64,000 bases of DNA from Bacteroidota bacterium (GCA_013361065.1 JABWAK010000003.1:140-64139); one strand, 5' to 3'. Shown: positions 48,109-58,829, counted from the stretch's first letter. Translations and numbers: made by a program. Notes: a model not told the origin generated them from the letters alone.

Positions 48109-49031
48109 TGCGGATCATCTTCATGGGGACGCCGGAGTTCGCCGTTCCGGGGCTCGAACTGCTCCTGGCGAACGGGTACACCGTCTCCGCCGTGGTCACG
48201 GCACCGGACAAGCCGCGCGGACGCGGTCAGCAGGTGAGTCATACCGCCGTGAAGGAATGCGCACTCCGTCATGCAATTCCCGTGCTGCAGCCGGAATCGC
48301 TCCGTGACCCTGCCTTCATCGCATCGCTCTCCGCCCACCAGGCCGATCTCTTCATCGTTGTCGCGTTCCGCATCCTCCCGAAAGAGGTCTACACACTTCC
48401 CGCACTCGGTTCGTTCAACCTGCATGCATCACTCCTGCCGAAGTACCGCGGCGCTGCTCCGATCAACTGGGCGCTCATCAACGGCGAGACCGAATCCGGC
48501 GTGACCACCTTTTTCCTGCAGGAGAAGGTCGACACCGGCAATATCATCCTGCAGCGGAGCATCCCGCTCCCGCCGGAGATGGATGCCGGTCAGTTGCACG
48601 ATGCACTGTCCGAACTCGGTGCCCGCACCGTGCTGGAGACCGTCCGGCTCATCGAATCGGGGAACGCCAGACCGCTGCCGCAGTCCGACGCACTCGCGAC
48701 GCCGGCGCCGAAGATCTTCAAAGAGACCTGCCGTATCCGCTGGGACCGTCCTGCCCGTGAGCTGCACAATTTCATCCGCGGCCTTTCGCCGTATCCTGCC
48801 GCCTGGACGAACCACGGTGAGAGGATGATCAAGATCTACAGGACAGCGGTCAGCTCTCAGCTGTCAGCCGTCAGTCCCGGAAGGGTCATGGCAGAGAACG
48901 GTCGTTTGTTCGTCTCGACGGCGGATGGAGTGCTGGAAGTTCTGCAGCTGCAGCAGGAAGGGAAGAAGCAGATGAGTGCGGAGGAGTTCCTCCGGGGATA
49001 TCGGTTCGGCGCAGAGGATGTGTTGATCTGA
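48108..49031 (+). CDS. fmt: Methionyl-tRNA formyltransferase
   Basis: MRIIFMGTPEFAVP and NLHASLLPKYRGAAPI. TGATG overlap with def. Confidence 0.95.
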   Translation: MRIIFMGTPEFAVPGLELLLANGYTVSAVVTAPDKPRGRGQQVSHTAVKECALRHAIPVLQPESLRDPAFIASLSAHQADLFIVVAFRILPKEVYTLPALGSFNLHASLLPKYRGAAPINWALINGETESGVTTFFLQEKVDTGNIILQRSIPLPPEMDAGQLHDALSELGARTVLETVRLIESGNARPLPQSDALATPAPKIFKETCRIRWDRPARELHNFIRGLSPYPAAWTNHGERMIKIYRTAVSSQLSAVSPGRVMAENGRLFVSTADGVLEVLQLQQEGKKQMSAEEFLRGYRFGAEDVLI

Positions 49032-49058
49032 TGCGGTGATCGGTATTCACACGATTGT

Positions 49059-49097
49059 AAAACAAAAGTCCCGGAGAACATCCGGGACTTTTGTTTT
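49059..49097. terminator. Bidirectional rho-independent terminator between fmt (+) and crcB (-)
   Basis: aaaacaaaagtcccgga (49059-49075) pairs with tccgggacttttgtttt (49081-49097). The 17-bp stem is perfect with a 5-nt loop, flanked by an A run on one side and a T run on the other. Confidence 0.85.
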
Positions 49098-49117
49098 TAC
49101 GCTGAAGAAACAGTGCA

Positions 49118-49492
49118 TCAAAGATTCTCGCCTGCCCAGTATCCTGCCCACGTTGCCGCAAGACATCCGAACAGACTCAATCCTGCATTGAGTCCTGCGC
49201 CGAGCAGATTCCCGGAGCGCAGCATGGCGAAGGTGTCATAACTGAAGGAAGAGAAGGTCGTGAATCCGCCGAGCACACCGATCACGGCGAACAGTCGCAG
49301 GTTCGGTCCTGCCGGCACGCGCTCCTGGAAGAGGGTCATCAGCAGTCCGATCGCGAAGCAGCCGATGATGTTCACGGTGAGCGTTCCGTACGGGAAGAGG
49401 CTCTCCGTTCTGCTCTGCATGACACTGGCGAGACCGAATCGTGCAATACTCCCTAAAAAACCGCCGATTCCGACGATGAGATATGTTTCCAT
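49118..49492 (-). CDS. crcB: Fluoride ion channel CrcB/FluC
   Basis: 124 aa from the ATG at 49492. Four TM helices, GGFLGSIARF and GFTTFSSF motifs. Confidence 0.9.
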   Translation of the reverse strand: METYLIVGIGGFLGSIARFGLASVMQSRTESLFPYGTLTVNIIGCFAIGLLMTLFQERVPAGPNLRLFAVIGVLGGFTTFSSFSYDTFAMLRSGNLLGAGLNAGLSLFGCLAATWAGYWAGENL

Positions 49493-49599
49493 ACGCGCCG
49501 TTCTGCAACGCAAATCCGTTGCTTCCATTTTTGAAATGAAGTATATTGATGGACGAATTGCACTAAAATACCAATTTTCCGTTCAGGAAACAGCACTCC

Positions 49600-50418
49600 A
49601 TGGCAAAAGTGATCGCGATAGCGAACCAAAAGGGAGGCGTGGGAAAGACCACGACCGCGGTGAACCTTGCTGCTTCGCTGGCTGCATCCGAGCATGAGAC
49701 GCTGCTCATCGACATCGATCCGCAGGCGAATGCCACCAGCGGCGTCGGCATCGACAGCAAGTCGCTCGAGAAGAGTGCCTACGAGGTGATCTACGGCAGT
49801 GTGCCGGCCCAGGAAGCGATCATCCGCACGTCCATGCCGTTCCTCTCGCTGCTGCCGTCGCACATCAACATGGTGGGTCTGGAAGTGGAACTGGTGAACG
49901 AGGAGGAGCGGGAGAAGAAACTCCGCGCCGCACTGGCACCGGTCCGCAAACGGTTCGAATACATCATCATCGACTGTCCTCCCTCGCTGAGCCTCATCAC
50001 CCTGAACGCGCTGACCGCTTCCGATTCCGTGCTGATCCCTGTGCAGTGCGAGTACTATGCGCTGGAGGGACTGGGACAGCTGCTGAACACCATCAACGGG
50101 GTGAAGAAGACCTTCAATCCGTCCCTGGACATCGAAGGGGTGCTGATGACGATGTTCGATTCGCGGCTGCGGCTCTCCAACCAGATCGTGGATGAGGTGA
50201 AGAAGTATTTCGGCGACAAGGTCTTCTCCGTCATCGTCTCCCGGAATGTGCGGCTGAGCGAAGCGCCGAGCTTCGGGAAACCGATCCTGTTGTACGATGC
50301 CGTCTCGTCCGGCAGCAAGAACTATATCGACCTCGCCAAAGAAGTGATGAAGAACACCGACCTGCAGCGTGCAGCGCATCGGAACGCTTCCGTGAAATCC
50401 GTTTCTCAATCCGCCTAA
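49600..50418 (+). CDS. parA: Chromosome partitioning ATPase ParA/Soj
   Basis: Deviant Walker [12 protein letters not shown] and IIIDCPPSL. Confidence 0.93.
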   Translation: MAKVIAIANQKGGVGKTTTAVNLAASLAASEHETLLIDIDPQANATSGVGIDSKSLEKSAYEVIYGSVPAQEAIIRTSMPFLSLLPSHINMVGLEVELVNEEEREKKLRAALAPVRKRFEYIIIDCPPSLSLITLNALTASDSVLIPVQCEYYALEGLGQLLNTINGVKKTFNPSLDIEGVLMTMFDSRLRLSNQIVDEVKKYFGDKVFSVIVSRNVRLSEAPSFGKPILLYDAVSSGSKNYIDLAKEVMKNTDLQRAAHRNASVKSVSQSA

Positions 50419-50429
50419 CGGTCCAACGC

Positions 50430-51347
50430 ATGTCCGATCCCCGTTCGAAATCCGTGTTAGGAAAAGGGCTCAGCGCCCTCATTCCCCGCATCCCCGAGAA
50501 AAGCATCCCGTCCGCCCCGTCCGTGGCGCGGGACGGTGCTCCGGGCACCTCCACGATGGAGATCGAGATCGGACGCATCTCTCCGAATCCGTTCCAGCCC
50601 CGTCTCGATTTCGACCAGCGGTCGCTGGAGGAACTGAAACAGTCCATCAAGCAGAACGGCATCATCCAGCCGATCACCGTCCGGCGGATGATCGGCGGCA
50701 CCTTCGAACTGATCTCCGGCGAACGGCGCGTCCGCGCATCGCAGGAACTGGGGAAGAGGACCATCCCGGCCTACATCATCTCCGTCGATACCGATGCGGA
50801 GATGCTGGAGCTGGGACTGATCGAGAACCTGCAGCGCGAGAACCTCAATCCGATCGAGATCTCGCTCTCGTTCAAACGGCTCATCGACGAATGCAATCTC
50901 ACGCAGGACCAGGTGGCGGAGAAGGTCGGCAAGGAACGCTCCACCGTGACCAACTTCCTGCGTCTGCTGAAACTGCCGGAACGGATCCGCCAGGGGGTGC
51001 GCGACAATAAGATCTCCATGGGGCATGCGCGCGCGCTGCTCGCGGTGACGGACGAGAAGAAACAGTTGAAACTCTACTCCCGCATCATCGATGACGGCTG
51101 GTCTGTCCGCCGCATCGAGGATGAGATCAAAGGGAAGGATCCGAAGAAGACGACCAAAGGGGGCAGCGCTGCCAAACCCTCCAATCTGCGCGGGGATGCC
51201 TCGTTCCAGCAGCTGGAAACGCGGCTGCGGCATAAGTTCGGGACGAAGGTGACCATCCGAAAGAACGCGGCCGGCGGCGGGGAGATCGGCATCGAATATT
51301 ACACGGCGGACGATCTGGACCGGCTGCTCGATCTGCTGGAGTCCTGA
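50430..51347 (+). CDS. parB: Chromosome partitioning protein ParB/Spo0J
   Basis: [32 protein letters not shown], and an HTH ([24 protein letters not shown]). Confidence 0.95.
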   Translation: MSDPRSKSVLGKGLSALIPRIPEKSIPSAPSVARDGAPGTSTMEIEIGRISPNPFQPRLDFDQRSLEELKQSIKQNGIIQPITVRRMIGGTFELISGERRVRASQELGKRTIPAYIISVDTDAEMLELGLIENLQRENLNPIEISLSFKRLIDECNLTQDQVAEKVGKERSTVTNFLRLLKLPERIRQGVRDNKISMGHARALLAVTDEKKQLKLYSRIIDDGWSVRRIEDEIKGKDPKKTTKGGSAAKPSNLRGDASFQQLETRLRHKFGTKVTIRKNAAGGGEIGIEYYTADDLDRLLDLLES

Positions 51348-51360
51348 TCCGGAGGCCGCC

Positions 51361-51813
51361 ATGCGCAGCATCATCCTGCTCCTTCTCCTCAGTCCATTGA
51401 TCATCGCACAAACGACAGGTACCGTACCCATGAAGACCATCATCAAAACAGAACAGGCGCCGCTTCCCATCGGACCGTACAATCAGGCGGTGGCAACGCA
51501 GGGGCAGTTGCTCTTCACGGCAGGACAGATCGCGCTCGATCCGAAGAGCGGACAGATGGTCGGCACGACCATCCAGGAACAGACCGTACAGGTCTGCGAG
51601 AACCTGAAGGCGATCCTCCACGCGTCGCACACCGATTTCAAACATGTCGTGAAGACGACGGTCTTTTTGAAGAACTTCAATGATTTTGCCGCCATGAACG
51701 AGGTCTACGCCCGTTATTTCGGCGAAGCCTCGCCGGCCCGCTCCACCGTGGAGGTGGCCCGTCTGCCGAAGGATGCACTCGTCGAGATCGAAGTGGTCGC
51801 CCTCATACCCTGA
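51361..51813 (+). CDS. ridA: RidA/YjgF-family enamine/imine deaminase with an N-terminal signal-like extension
   Basis: GGAGG Shine-Dalgarno sequence 5 nt before the ATG at 51361. [18 protein letters not shown] precedes the canonical RidA N-terminus [21 protein letters not shown] (alternative ATG at 51430). Confidence 0.85.
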   Translation: MRSIILLLLLSPLIIAQTTGTVPMKTIIKTEQAPLPIGPYNQAVATQGQLLFTAGQIALDPKSGQMVGTTIQEQTVQVCENLKAILHASHTDFKHVVKTTVFLKNFNDFAAMNEVYARYFGEASPARSTVEVARLPKDALVEIEVVALIP

Positions 51814-52449
51814 ATGAAACGTACCGTCTCATATTCGCTGCTCGGCATCCTCTTCCTCCTTCCCGCCGCATCGGCGCAGTATGTTTCAAGATATGAACGT
51901 CCGATAAGCACCCCGCTCTTCTTCACGCCGGTGTCCGATACCGCCGGGCTTCGGATGCTCGACGAGGATTCCCTCATCGCCGCACAGATCGGCACCGTCG
52001 ACACCACCATCCTTCCCCCCAAGTCCACCACCGTCGCCATGCTCGGGTCGATGATCGTCCCCGGTGCGGGACAGATCTACAACGAGTCCTATTGGAAAGC
52101 TCCGGTCGTGTGGGGCTTCGGCTATTATTTCTATTCCGTGTACCGGAATCAGGACCGTCTCTACAATGAGAGCCGCACGGAGTACGAGGGTGCGGTGATG
52201 ATGCTCGATACTGCGACGGCGGCCGATCTCCGGACCGAACTCGCGCAGAAGATCTCCCGTTCCCGCGACCTGAGGGATTTCTACAAACGCCAGCGGAACG
52301 AGTTCGGCTGGTACCTGGCGGTCACGTACATCCTGAATGTGGTGGATGCGTACGTGGATGCGGCATTGTTCAATTTCGAGGTCAGTCCGAATCTGCAGGG
52401 GACCAACGACTGGCGGATGAACGTTCGGGTCCCGCTCAACAGACAGTAA
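51814..52449 (+). CDS. DUF5683-like membrane protein (conserved downstream of parAB in FCB-group genomes)
   Basis: Signal peptide, [30 protein letters not shown]. The position after parB supports the call. The family name is recalled from memory. Confidence 0.7.
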   Translation: MKRTVSYSLLGILFLLPAASAQYVSRYERPISTPLFFTPVSDTAGLRMLDEDSLIAAQIGTVDTTILPPKSTTVAMLGSMIVPGAGQIYNESYWKAPVVWGFGYYFYSVYRNQDRLYNESRTEYEGAVMMLDTATAADLRTELAQKISRSRDLRDFYKRQRNEFGWYLAVTYILNVVDAYVDAALFNFEVSPNLQGTNDWRMNVRVPLNRQ

Positions 52450-52522
52450 CGGCCGGCACGGATGTGCGGGCCAGCTCCGGTACCAACAGCAGTACACTCT
52501 CTATCAAGGAAGCGAGGTCCAT

Positions 52523-54781
52523 ATGAAAATACGCGAACAAGAAGCATTGGATTATCACAGTCAGGGTCGGAAGGGGAAGCTCGAGATCTCCCCGACCAAA
52601 CCGTTCTCCACCCAGCGGGACCTGTCGCTGGCCTACACTCCGGGCGTCGCCGTTCCGTGCCTGGAGATCGAGAAGAATCCGGAGGATGTGTACAAGTACA
52701 CCGCCAAAGGGAACCTGGTCGCCGTGGTCTCGAACGGCACCGCGGTGCTCGGACTCGGCAATATCGGTCCTGAAGCCGGGAAACCGGTGATGGAAGGGAA
52801 AGCGGTGCTGTTCAAGAAGTTCTCGGACATCGATGTGTTCGACATCGAGATCCGGGCGAAGACGCCGGAGGAGATCATCAAAGTGGTGCAGGCGCTCGAA
52901 CCGACGTTCGGCGGCATCAATCTGGAGGATATCAAAGCGCCGGACTGCTTCATCGTGGAAGAGGAACTCCGCAAGACGATGAAGATCCCGGTGTTCCACG
53001 ATGACCAGCACGGCACGGCCATCATCTCCGCCGCGGCGCTGATCAATGCGCTGGAGATCACCGGTAAGAAGATCGACCAGGTGAAGGTGGTGTACAACGG
53101 CGCCGGGGCAGCAGCCATCGCCTGTGCGAACCTGCAGATCTCGCTCGGCGTGAAGCGCGAGAACCTGATCATGTGCGACACGAAGGGGGTCATCTATAAA
53201 GGCCGCGCGAACGATATGAATCCGTACAAGGCGGCGTTCCAGAACGATACGCCGGCGCGGACGCTGGCAGAGGCGCTCGTCGGCGCCGATGTGTTCGTCG
53301 GTCTCTCCGTGAAAGGATGCATGACGCCGGAGATGGTGAAGAGCATGGCGCCGAACGCCATCATCATGGCGATGGCCAATCCGGACCCGGAGATCACGCC
53401 AGAAGAGGTGGCGGCGGTGCGCGATGATGTGATCATGGCGACCGGCCGGTCGGATTATGCCAACCAGGTGAATAACGTGCTCGGCTTCCCGTTCATCTTC
53501 CGCGGCGCACTGGATGTCCGCGCCACCACGATCAACGAGGAGATGAAGAAGGCTGCCGTGAAGGCGCTTGCCGATCTTGCGAAGGAGGATGTGCCGGATT
53601 CCGTCATCAAAGCGTACGGCGGCAAGCCGATCCGCTTCGGCAGGGAGTACATCATCCCCAAACCGCTCGACCCGCGCGCGCTTCGGTATGTGGCGACCGC
53701 CGTGGCGAAAGCGGCGGTGGAGAGCGGCGTGGCCCGGGTGATGATCGAGGATTGGGAGAAGTACGGCGACAAACTGGAGGAGCGGCTCGGTCGGTCCAAA
53801 CGGTTCACGAACCTGCTCTTCACCAAGGCGCGTCAGACCATGAAACGCATCATCTTCCCGGAAGGAGACGAGGAGAAGATCCTCCGGGCGGCGCAGATCC
53901 TGGTGGACCAGGGGATCGCCAAACCGATCCTGGTCGGGAACGAGGAGCGCATCCAGAAGGTGATCCAGGACCTCCATCTGGAATTCGATTCGCATGTGGA
54001 GATCGTCGATCCGAAGTCGTTCCCGCAGCGCGATCAGTTCGTGGAGGAGTTCTACAAGATGCGTCAGCGGAAAGGGGTCACGCGGTACTATGCCGAGCGG
54101 ACCATGCAGCAGCGGTTCTATTTCTCCATGATGATGGTCCGGCTGGGCTACGCGGACGGCGTCATCGGCGGTCTCACCACGAACTATCCCGATACCATCC
54201 GTCCCGCACTCAACGTGATCGGGATGCGGAAAGGGATCCGGAATGTCTCCGGCATGTATGCCGTGATCGCGAAGAAGGGAACGTACTTCTTCTCCGACAC
54301 CACGGTGAACATCGATCCGGATGCGGACACGCTCGCCGAGATCGCACTGCTGACCGCGGAGACGGTGAAGCGGTTCGACATCGAACCGAAGGTCGCCATG
54401 CTCTCCTTCAGCAACTTCGGCAGCACGAAGCATCCGCGTTCCGAGAAGATCAAACAGGCGGTGCAGATCATCAAGACGAAGAATCCTTCGCTGATGATTG
54501 ACGGCGAGATGCAGGCGGACACCGCCGTGACGCCGGAACTGCTGGAGAAGGAGTATCCGTTCAGCACGCTGAAAGGGGCGGCGAATGTGCTCATCTTCCC
54601 GAGCCTGAACTCCGCCAACATCGCGTACAAGCTGATGGGACGCATCGGCGAGGCGGAACTCATCGGGCCAATCCTGATGGGGATGGCCAAGCCGGTCCAC
54701 GTGCTCCAGCACGGTGCCGAGGTGACCGATATCGTCAACATGGTCGCTGTCTGCGCTGTGGAAGCCGGCGAGATGCAATGA
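52523..54781 (+). CDS. maeB: NADP-dependent malic enzyme (malic enzyme + phosphotransacetylase-like domain)
   Basis: 752 aa. [35 protein letters not shown], plus a C-terminal PTA-like domain. Confidence 0.95.
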   Translation: MKIREQEALDYHSQGRKGKLEISPTKPFSTQRDLSLAYTPGVAVPCLEIEKNPEDVYKYTAKGNLVAVVSNGTAVLGLGNIGPEAGKPVMEGKAVLFKKFSDIDVFDIEIRAKTPEEIIKVVQALEPTFGGINLEDIKAPDCFIVEEELRKTMKIPVFHDDQHGTAIISAAALINALEITGKKIDQVKVVYNGAGAAAIACANLQISLGVKRENLIMCDTKGVIYKGRANDMNPYKAAFQNDTPARTLAEALVGADVFVGLSVKGCMTPEMVKSMAPNAIIMAMANPDPEITPEEVAAVRDDVIMATGRSDYANQVNNVLGFPFIFRGALDVRATTINEEMKKAAVKALADLAKEDVPDSVIKAYGGKPIRFGREYIIPKPLDPRALRYVATAVAKAAVESGVARVMIEDWEKYGDKLEERLGRSKRFTNLLFTKARQTMKRIIFPEGDEEKILRAAQILVDQGIAKPILVGNEERIQKVIQDLHLEFDSHVEIVDPKSFPQRDQFVEEFYKMRQRKGVTRYYAERTMQQRFYFSMMMVRLGYADGVIGGLTTNYPDTIRPALNVIGMRKGIRNVSGMYAVIAKKGTYFFSDTTVNIDPDADTLAEIALLTAETVKRFDIEPKVAMLSFSNFGSTKHPRSEKIKQAVQIIKTKNPSLMIDGEMQADTAVTPELLEKEYPFSTLKGAANVLIFPSLNSANIAYKLMGRIGEAELIGPILMGMAKPVHVLQHGAEVTDIVNMVAVCAVEAGEMQ

Positions 54782-54792
54782 GGCAATCACCG

Positions 54793-54822
54793 CAACGGCC
54801 CTGTGTTCCTGCAGGGCCGTTG
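54793..54822 (+). terminator. 11-bp perfect hairpin after maeB (terminator candidate)
   Basis: caacggccctg (54793-54803) pairs with cagggccgttg (54812-54822) and is followed by the T-rich tgtgtgt. Confidence 0.45.
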
Positions 54823-54923
54823 TGTGTACGTTCCAGCCGCCGAAGAATCGGTCCGGCGGGACTAAACTTGACCCCGCGCAGGGGTGTCCAAAGGGTATCT
54901 GTCACTAATCCCTCTATAATAGA

Positions 54924-56255
54924 ATGAAGAAACCGCTATTCATCACCATCATTGCCATCCTGCTCCTCGGAACCACGACAGGATATTATTTCTATGCACA
55001 GAACGATGCGGAGGAGGTCCAGTTCCGCTCGGAGAAGGTCTCACGCGGCGACATGCAGGTGGTCGTCACGGCGACCGGTACCCTGAGCGCCGTGCGGACG
55101 GTCCAGGTCGGTTCGCAGGTCTCCGGCACACTGCAGAAGGTGAATGTCGACTTCAACGATAAGGTCTCGAAAGGACAGATCGTTGCACAGATCGATCCGA
55201 CATTCCTGGAAGCGAGTGTGCGCGACGCCGAAGCGAGTCTGCAGCGGACCACCGCGCAGTACAACGAGGCGAAGCGGAGCTACGAACGGATCAGGACGCT
55301 GGTGGAGAAGAATCTGGCATCGCAGGCGGACTATGATGCGGCGATGGCGCAGTTTGAAGCGAACGATGCCGCCCGCAAACAATCGGTCGCCCAGGTGGAG
55401 CGGGCCAAGATCAATCTCCGGTACGCCACCATCAAATCCCCGATCGACGGTGTGGTGATCTCGCGCGCCGTGGATGTCGGGCAGACGGTCGCGGCGAGTC
55501 TTTCCGCACCGACACTCTTCACCATTGCCCACGACCTGACCAAGATGCAGGTGCAGGCGAATGTGGACGAGGCGGACATCGGCAAAGTGGAGGAGCAGCA
55601 GGAGGTCACCTTCACGGTGGATGCATATCCCGAACAGGCCTTCCGCGGCAAGGTGCGCCAGGTGCGTCTCTCGCCGAAGGTGGAACAGAATGTGGTCAAC
55701 TACACGGTGATCATCGATGTGCCGAATCCGGACCTGAAACTGATGCCCGGTATGACCGCCACGGTGACCATCCTCATCAACCGGAAGGAAGCGGTGCTCC
55801 GCGTGCCGACCGTCGCCCTCCGCTTCAATCCCCCCGAGGAGTACATCGAGATCCGGAAGGACTCCGCACAGCAGGGTGGCGGGAGTGACACGGCGCAGAA
55901 CGACCGCCGCCGCCAGTGGCGCGAACGGATGCAGCGGGAAGGGGGCGGTCCCGGCGGCGGACCGGGAGGCGGTATCGGAGGCGGAATGGGCGGAGGCGGA
56001 TTCGATCCGCAGCGTCGCATGCAGCAACGCATCCCGTCGCGCATCTGGGTGATGAACGAACGGAAGAAACTGGAGCCGGTGATGGTGCGGACCGGTATCT
56101 CGGACGGCACATTCACGGAGATCGTGCGGGGACGGATCGAGGAAGGACAGGAGATCGTCGTCGGCACTATCGCGCAGAAACCGGTGGCCGTGCAGAACAG
56201 TTCCCCGTTCAATCAGCAGCGGAATACCGGCGGCGGAATGCCGCGCCGGTTCTGA
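54924..56255 (+). CDS. MacA/HlyD-type periplasmic adaptor subunit with a Gly-rich insertion
   Basis: N-terminal anchor, biotinyl-lipoyl-like and coiled-coil hairpin regions, then the low-complexity run REGGGPGGGPGGGIGGGMGGGGF. Confidence 0.85.
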   Translation: MKKPLFITIIAILLLGTTTGYYFYAQNDAEEVQFRSEKVSRGDMQVVVTATGTLSAVRTVQVGSQVSGTLQKVNVDFNDKVSKGQIVAQIDPTFLEASVRDAEASLQRTTAQYNEAKRSYERIRTLVEKNLASQADYDAAMAQFEANDAARKQSVAQVERAKINLRYATIKSPIDGVVISRAVDVGQTVAASLSAPTLFTIAHDLTKMQVQANVDEADIGKVEEQQEVTFTVDAYPEQAFRGKVRQVRLSPKVEQNVVNYTVIIDVPNPDLKLMPGMTATVTILINRKEAVLRVPTVALRFNPPEEYIEIRKDSAQQGGGSDTAQNDRRRQWRERMQREGGGPGGGPGGGIGGGMGGGGFDPQRRMQQRIPSRIWVMNERKKLEPVMVRTGISDGTFTEIVRGRIEEGQEIVVGTIAQKPVAVQNSSPFNQQRNTGGGMPRRF

Positions 56256-56298
56256 ACAGCGGTCCGCAGCTGCATCATCCAATCACAGTCGGTCATCC

Positions 56299-57516
56299 AT
56301 GGGCATCCTCGACATCTTTGAGATCGCAGTCAATTCGCTCACGCGCAACAAGGTCCGTTCGTTCCTGACGATGCTCGGCATCATCATCGGCGTCGGCGCG
56401 GTGATCGCGATGATGGCGATCGGTACCGGTGCGCAGGAGAACATCAAGAAGCAGATCGCTTCGCTCGGCACCAATGTCATCCTCATCTTCCCCGGCTCTT
56501 TCAATCAGGGAGGGGTCCGTTCCGGGACCGGCACCTCCGCCTCGCTCACGCCGGAGGACCTCATTGCGATCCAGACCCAATGTCCTTCCGTCGCCCTTGC
56601 CAGTCCTGCTGTGCGGGACGGCGCGCAGATCGTCTATCAGGAACAGAACTGGCGCGCCAGCGTGATCGGCGCGACGCCGGAGTATTTCGCCATCCGCAGC
56701 TGGCCGGTGGCGAGCGGCCAGTACTTCACCGATGCGGATGTCCGCGGCGCCACCAAGGTCTGCGTGATCGGTCAGACCATCGCGGACAATCTCTTCAAAG
56801 GGGCTGACCCGGTCGGGTCGATCATCCGCATCAAGAAAATGCCGTTCAAGATCGTCGGGGTCCTGTCGGTGAAGGGGCAGTCGGCGCAGGGGACGGACCA
56901 GGATGACATCATCATCGCGCCGTACACCACGGTGCAGAAGAAGATGACCGGCCAGACCTTCCTCGGCAGCATCCTCGCTTCCGCCGTCACCGAGGATGCG
57001 ATGTCCGACGCGCAGAGTCAGATCACGGAACTGCTGCGCGTGCGGCACAAACTGCAGCCGTGGGAGGAGAACGATTTCACCGTGCGGAGCCAGACCGAGA
57101 TCGCCACGGCGGCCCAGTCCACCTCGCAGGTGCTGACGATTTTGCTTGCATCCATCGCCTCAATTTCCCTTATTGTCGGCGGCATCGGGATCATGAACAT
57201 CATGCTCGTCTCGGTGACCGAACGGACCAAGGAGATAGGTATCCGCATGGCGATCGGTGCGACCGGCAACAACATCCTGATGCAGTTCCTCATCGAAGCG
57301 GTGGTGCTCAGCCTGCTCGGCGGGCTCATCGGCGTGATCCTCGGCGTCGTCTCCTCCGAACTCATCTCTTCCCTGGCGGGATGGACCACCATGGTCTCGC
57401 CGGCGTCCATCATCCTGGCCTTCGCATTCTCTGCAGCGGTCGGTATCTTCTTCGGACTCTATCCCGCCCGGAAGGCGGCCCAATTGAATCCCATCGACGC
57501 GCTCCGGTACGAATGA
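56299..57516 (+). CDS. MacB/FtsX-type ABC transporter permease
   Basis: 405 aa. One TM helix, a large periplasmic domain, and three C-terminal TM helices. KEIGIRMAIGA and the ...PARKAAQLNPIDALRYE ending are typical. Confidence 0.9.
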   Translation: MGILDIFEIAVNSLTRNKVRSFLTMLGIIIGVGAVIAMMAIGTGAQENIKKQIASLGTNVILIFPGSFNQGGVRSGTGTSASLTPEDLIAIQTQCPSVALASPAVRDGAQIVYQEQNWRASVIGATPEYFAIRSWPVASGQYFTDADVRGATKVCVIGQTIADNLFKGADPVGSIIRIKKMPFKIVGVLSVKGQSAQGTDQDDIIIAPYTTVQKKMTGQTFLGSILASAVTEDAMSDAQSQITELLRVRHKLQPWEENDFTVRSQTEIATAAQSTSQVLTILLASIASISLIVGGIGIMNIMLVSVTERTKEIGIRMAIGATGNNILMQFLIEAVVLSLLGGLIGVILGVVSSELISSLAGWTTMVSPASIILAFAFSAAVGIFFGLYPARKAAQLNPIDALRYE

Positions 57517-58430
57517 CCCCATCCCACATCACTGTCATCCTCAATCCTGTAGCGGGCCGCGGTAAGGCACGCCACATCCATGCGGCGCTCCTCACCGCGC
57601 TAGAACATTCCGGTATCGATCACACATTCCAGGTGACCGCCGCGCGCGGTCATGCGACGGAACTGGCGAAGGCGGCGGCCGCCTCATCCTCCATCGTCGT
57701 TGCGGTCGGCGGGGACGGCACGGTGAACGAAGTGGCCTCCGGTCTCGTCGGAACGGATGCCGCGCTGGCGGTGATGAGCGAAGGGTCCGGCAACGATTTC
57801 GCCCGGATGGTCGCTGCACCGTCCGATCCGGCCAGGCTCATCGGTCTGCTGCGCGACCCGGTGATCGCCTCGTACGATGTCGGCGCGGTGAAGATGCTCC
57901 ACGGCGACGGCGAGATCAGCCGGAGGCATTTCTTCAATTCGGTAGGACTCGGGTTCGATGCGGCGGTGGCGCGGAAGGTGAGTTCCATTACCTGGATGCG
58001 CGGCATCCCGCTCTATCTGACGGCGCTGCTCCGCACCTTGTCCGGATACAAGCCGCATTACTTCACCGTGCGGTGCAACGGCGCCCATTGGCAGAAGTTC
58101 TACTTCCTGCTCTGTGTCGGCAACGGGAAATGGGAAGGGGGCGGGTTCAAACTGACGCCGAATGCCGTACCGGATGACGGACAGTTCGAGGTCTGCGGTG
58201 TGACCGGCACCTCTATCCTGAAGATCCTGCCGGTGCTCCCGTCGGTGATGACCGGAACACATCTGGGGAAGAAGAACATCGAATCGTTCGACACCGCGCA
58301 GTTGTTCGTGCACGATCCCAAGGGGTTCCCGGTACACGGGGACGGGGAGATCTTCGGCTGGCAGGTGATCCAGGCGGAGATAACGCTGCTGCCGCGCGCC
58401 TTGCGGGTGGTGATGCCTCACACAGCATGA
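57513..58430 (+). CDS. Diacylglycerol kinase-family lipid kinase (YegS/BmrU-like)
   Basis: ATGA overlap with the permease. ILNPVAGRGKA and VAVGGDGTVNEV. Confidence 0.85.
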   Translation: MTPSHITVILNPVAGRGKARHIHAALLTALEHSGIDHTFQVTAARGHATELAKAAAASSSIVVAVGGDGTVNEVASGLVGTDAALAVMSEGSGNDFARMVAAPSDPARLIGLLRDPVIASYDVGAVKMLHGDGEISRRHFFNSVGLGFDAAVARKVSSITWMRGIPLYLTALLRTLSGYKPHYFTVRCNGAHWQKFYFLLCVGNGKWEGGGFKLTPNAVPDDGQFEVCGVTGTSILKILPVLPSVMTGTHLGKKNIESFDTAQLFVHDPKGFPVHGDGEIFGWQVIQAEITLLPRALRVVMPHTA

Positions 58431-58475
58431 TTTTTATGCCGATCGTCTCTTGCCTTCCATCGGAATTACCCTATA

Positions 58476-58829
58476 TTGTCGGGAATCGAACAGGGACCTA
58501 TGCCTCCTCAATCACAACAGCGATCATCGCATAACGACGGGATTCGCCGCTACGTGCTGCTGCGCGACAAGAAGTGCTGTCAGTGGCCCGGCTGCGGCAG
58601 TTCCTCCGGCATCGATGTGCTCTTCCTGATCGAGACGGAGAACGGCGCACCGCCGTCGGGGGAGAACGTCTACAAGAACGGCGTCACGCTCTGTCCCAAG
58701 CATATGGACATCGTGAATCTGCATGACAAAGCGTTCGGTCCGCTCATCTTCGATCTGATCCAGCTGGTGGAATTCGAACGGGACCTGGACAGGACCGAGA
58801 GGACCTACAAGGATATCCTCAATAAATGA
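58476..58829 (+). CDS. Small Cys-cluster protein with a degenerate HNH-like layout
   Basis: TTG start per the track; an alternative ATG at 58500 gives MPPQSQQ. RDKKCCQWPGCG...NGVTLCPKHMD resembles the HNH zinc-finger scaffold, but the HH position reads FL. Confidence 0.4.
   Translation: MSGIEQGPMPPQSQQRSSHNDGIRRYVLLRDKKCCQWPGCGSSSGIDVLFLIETENGAPPSGENVYKNGVTLCPKHMDIVNLHDKAFGPLIFDLIQLVEFERDLDRTERTYKDILNK

Noticed and set aside
49493-49599. Fluoride riboswitch (crcB motif) upstream of crcB
   Set aside because: The minus-strand leader shows only a small hairpin (gcaacg-gatttg-cgttgc). I could not find the conserved GGCGATG...AACCGCC...CTGATGA-type elements. An Infernal search would be needed to be certain.
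49493-51347. Canonical parS site (TGTTTCACGTGAAACA-like) near parAB
   Set aside because: Only partial resemblances were seen by eye (for example cgtgaaatccgtttc near 50390) and no 16-bp palindrome. A pattern search allowing mismatches over the whole genome is required.
54868-54920. TTGACC (54868-54873) and TATAAT (54915-54920) as a promoter for the adaptor gene
   Set aside because: The two hexamers are 41 nt apart, and the TATAAT lies only 3 nt from the ATG at 54924. The spacing is incompatible with a sigma-70-type promoter.
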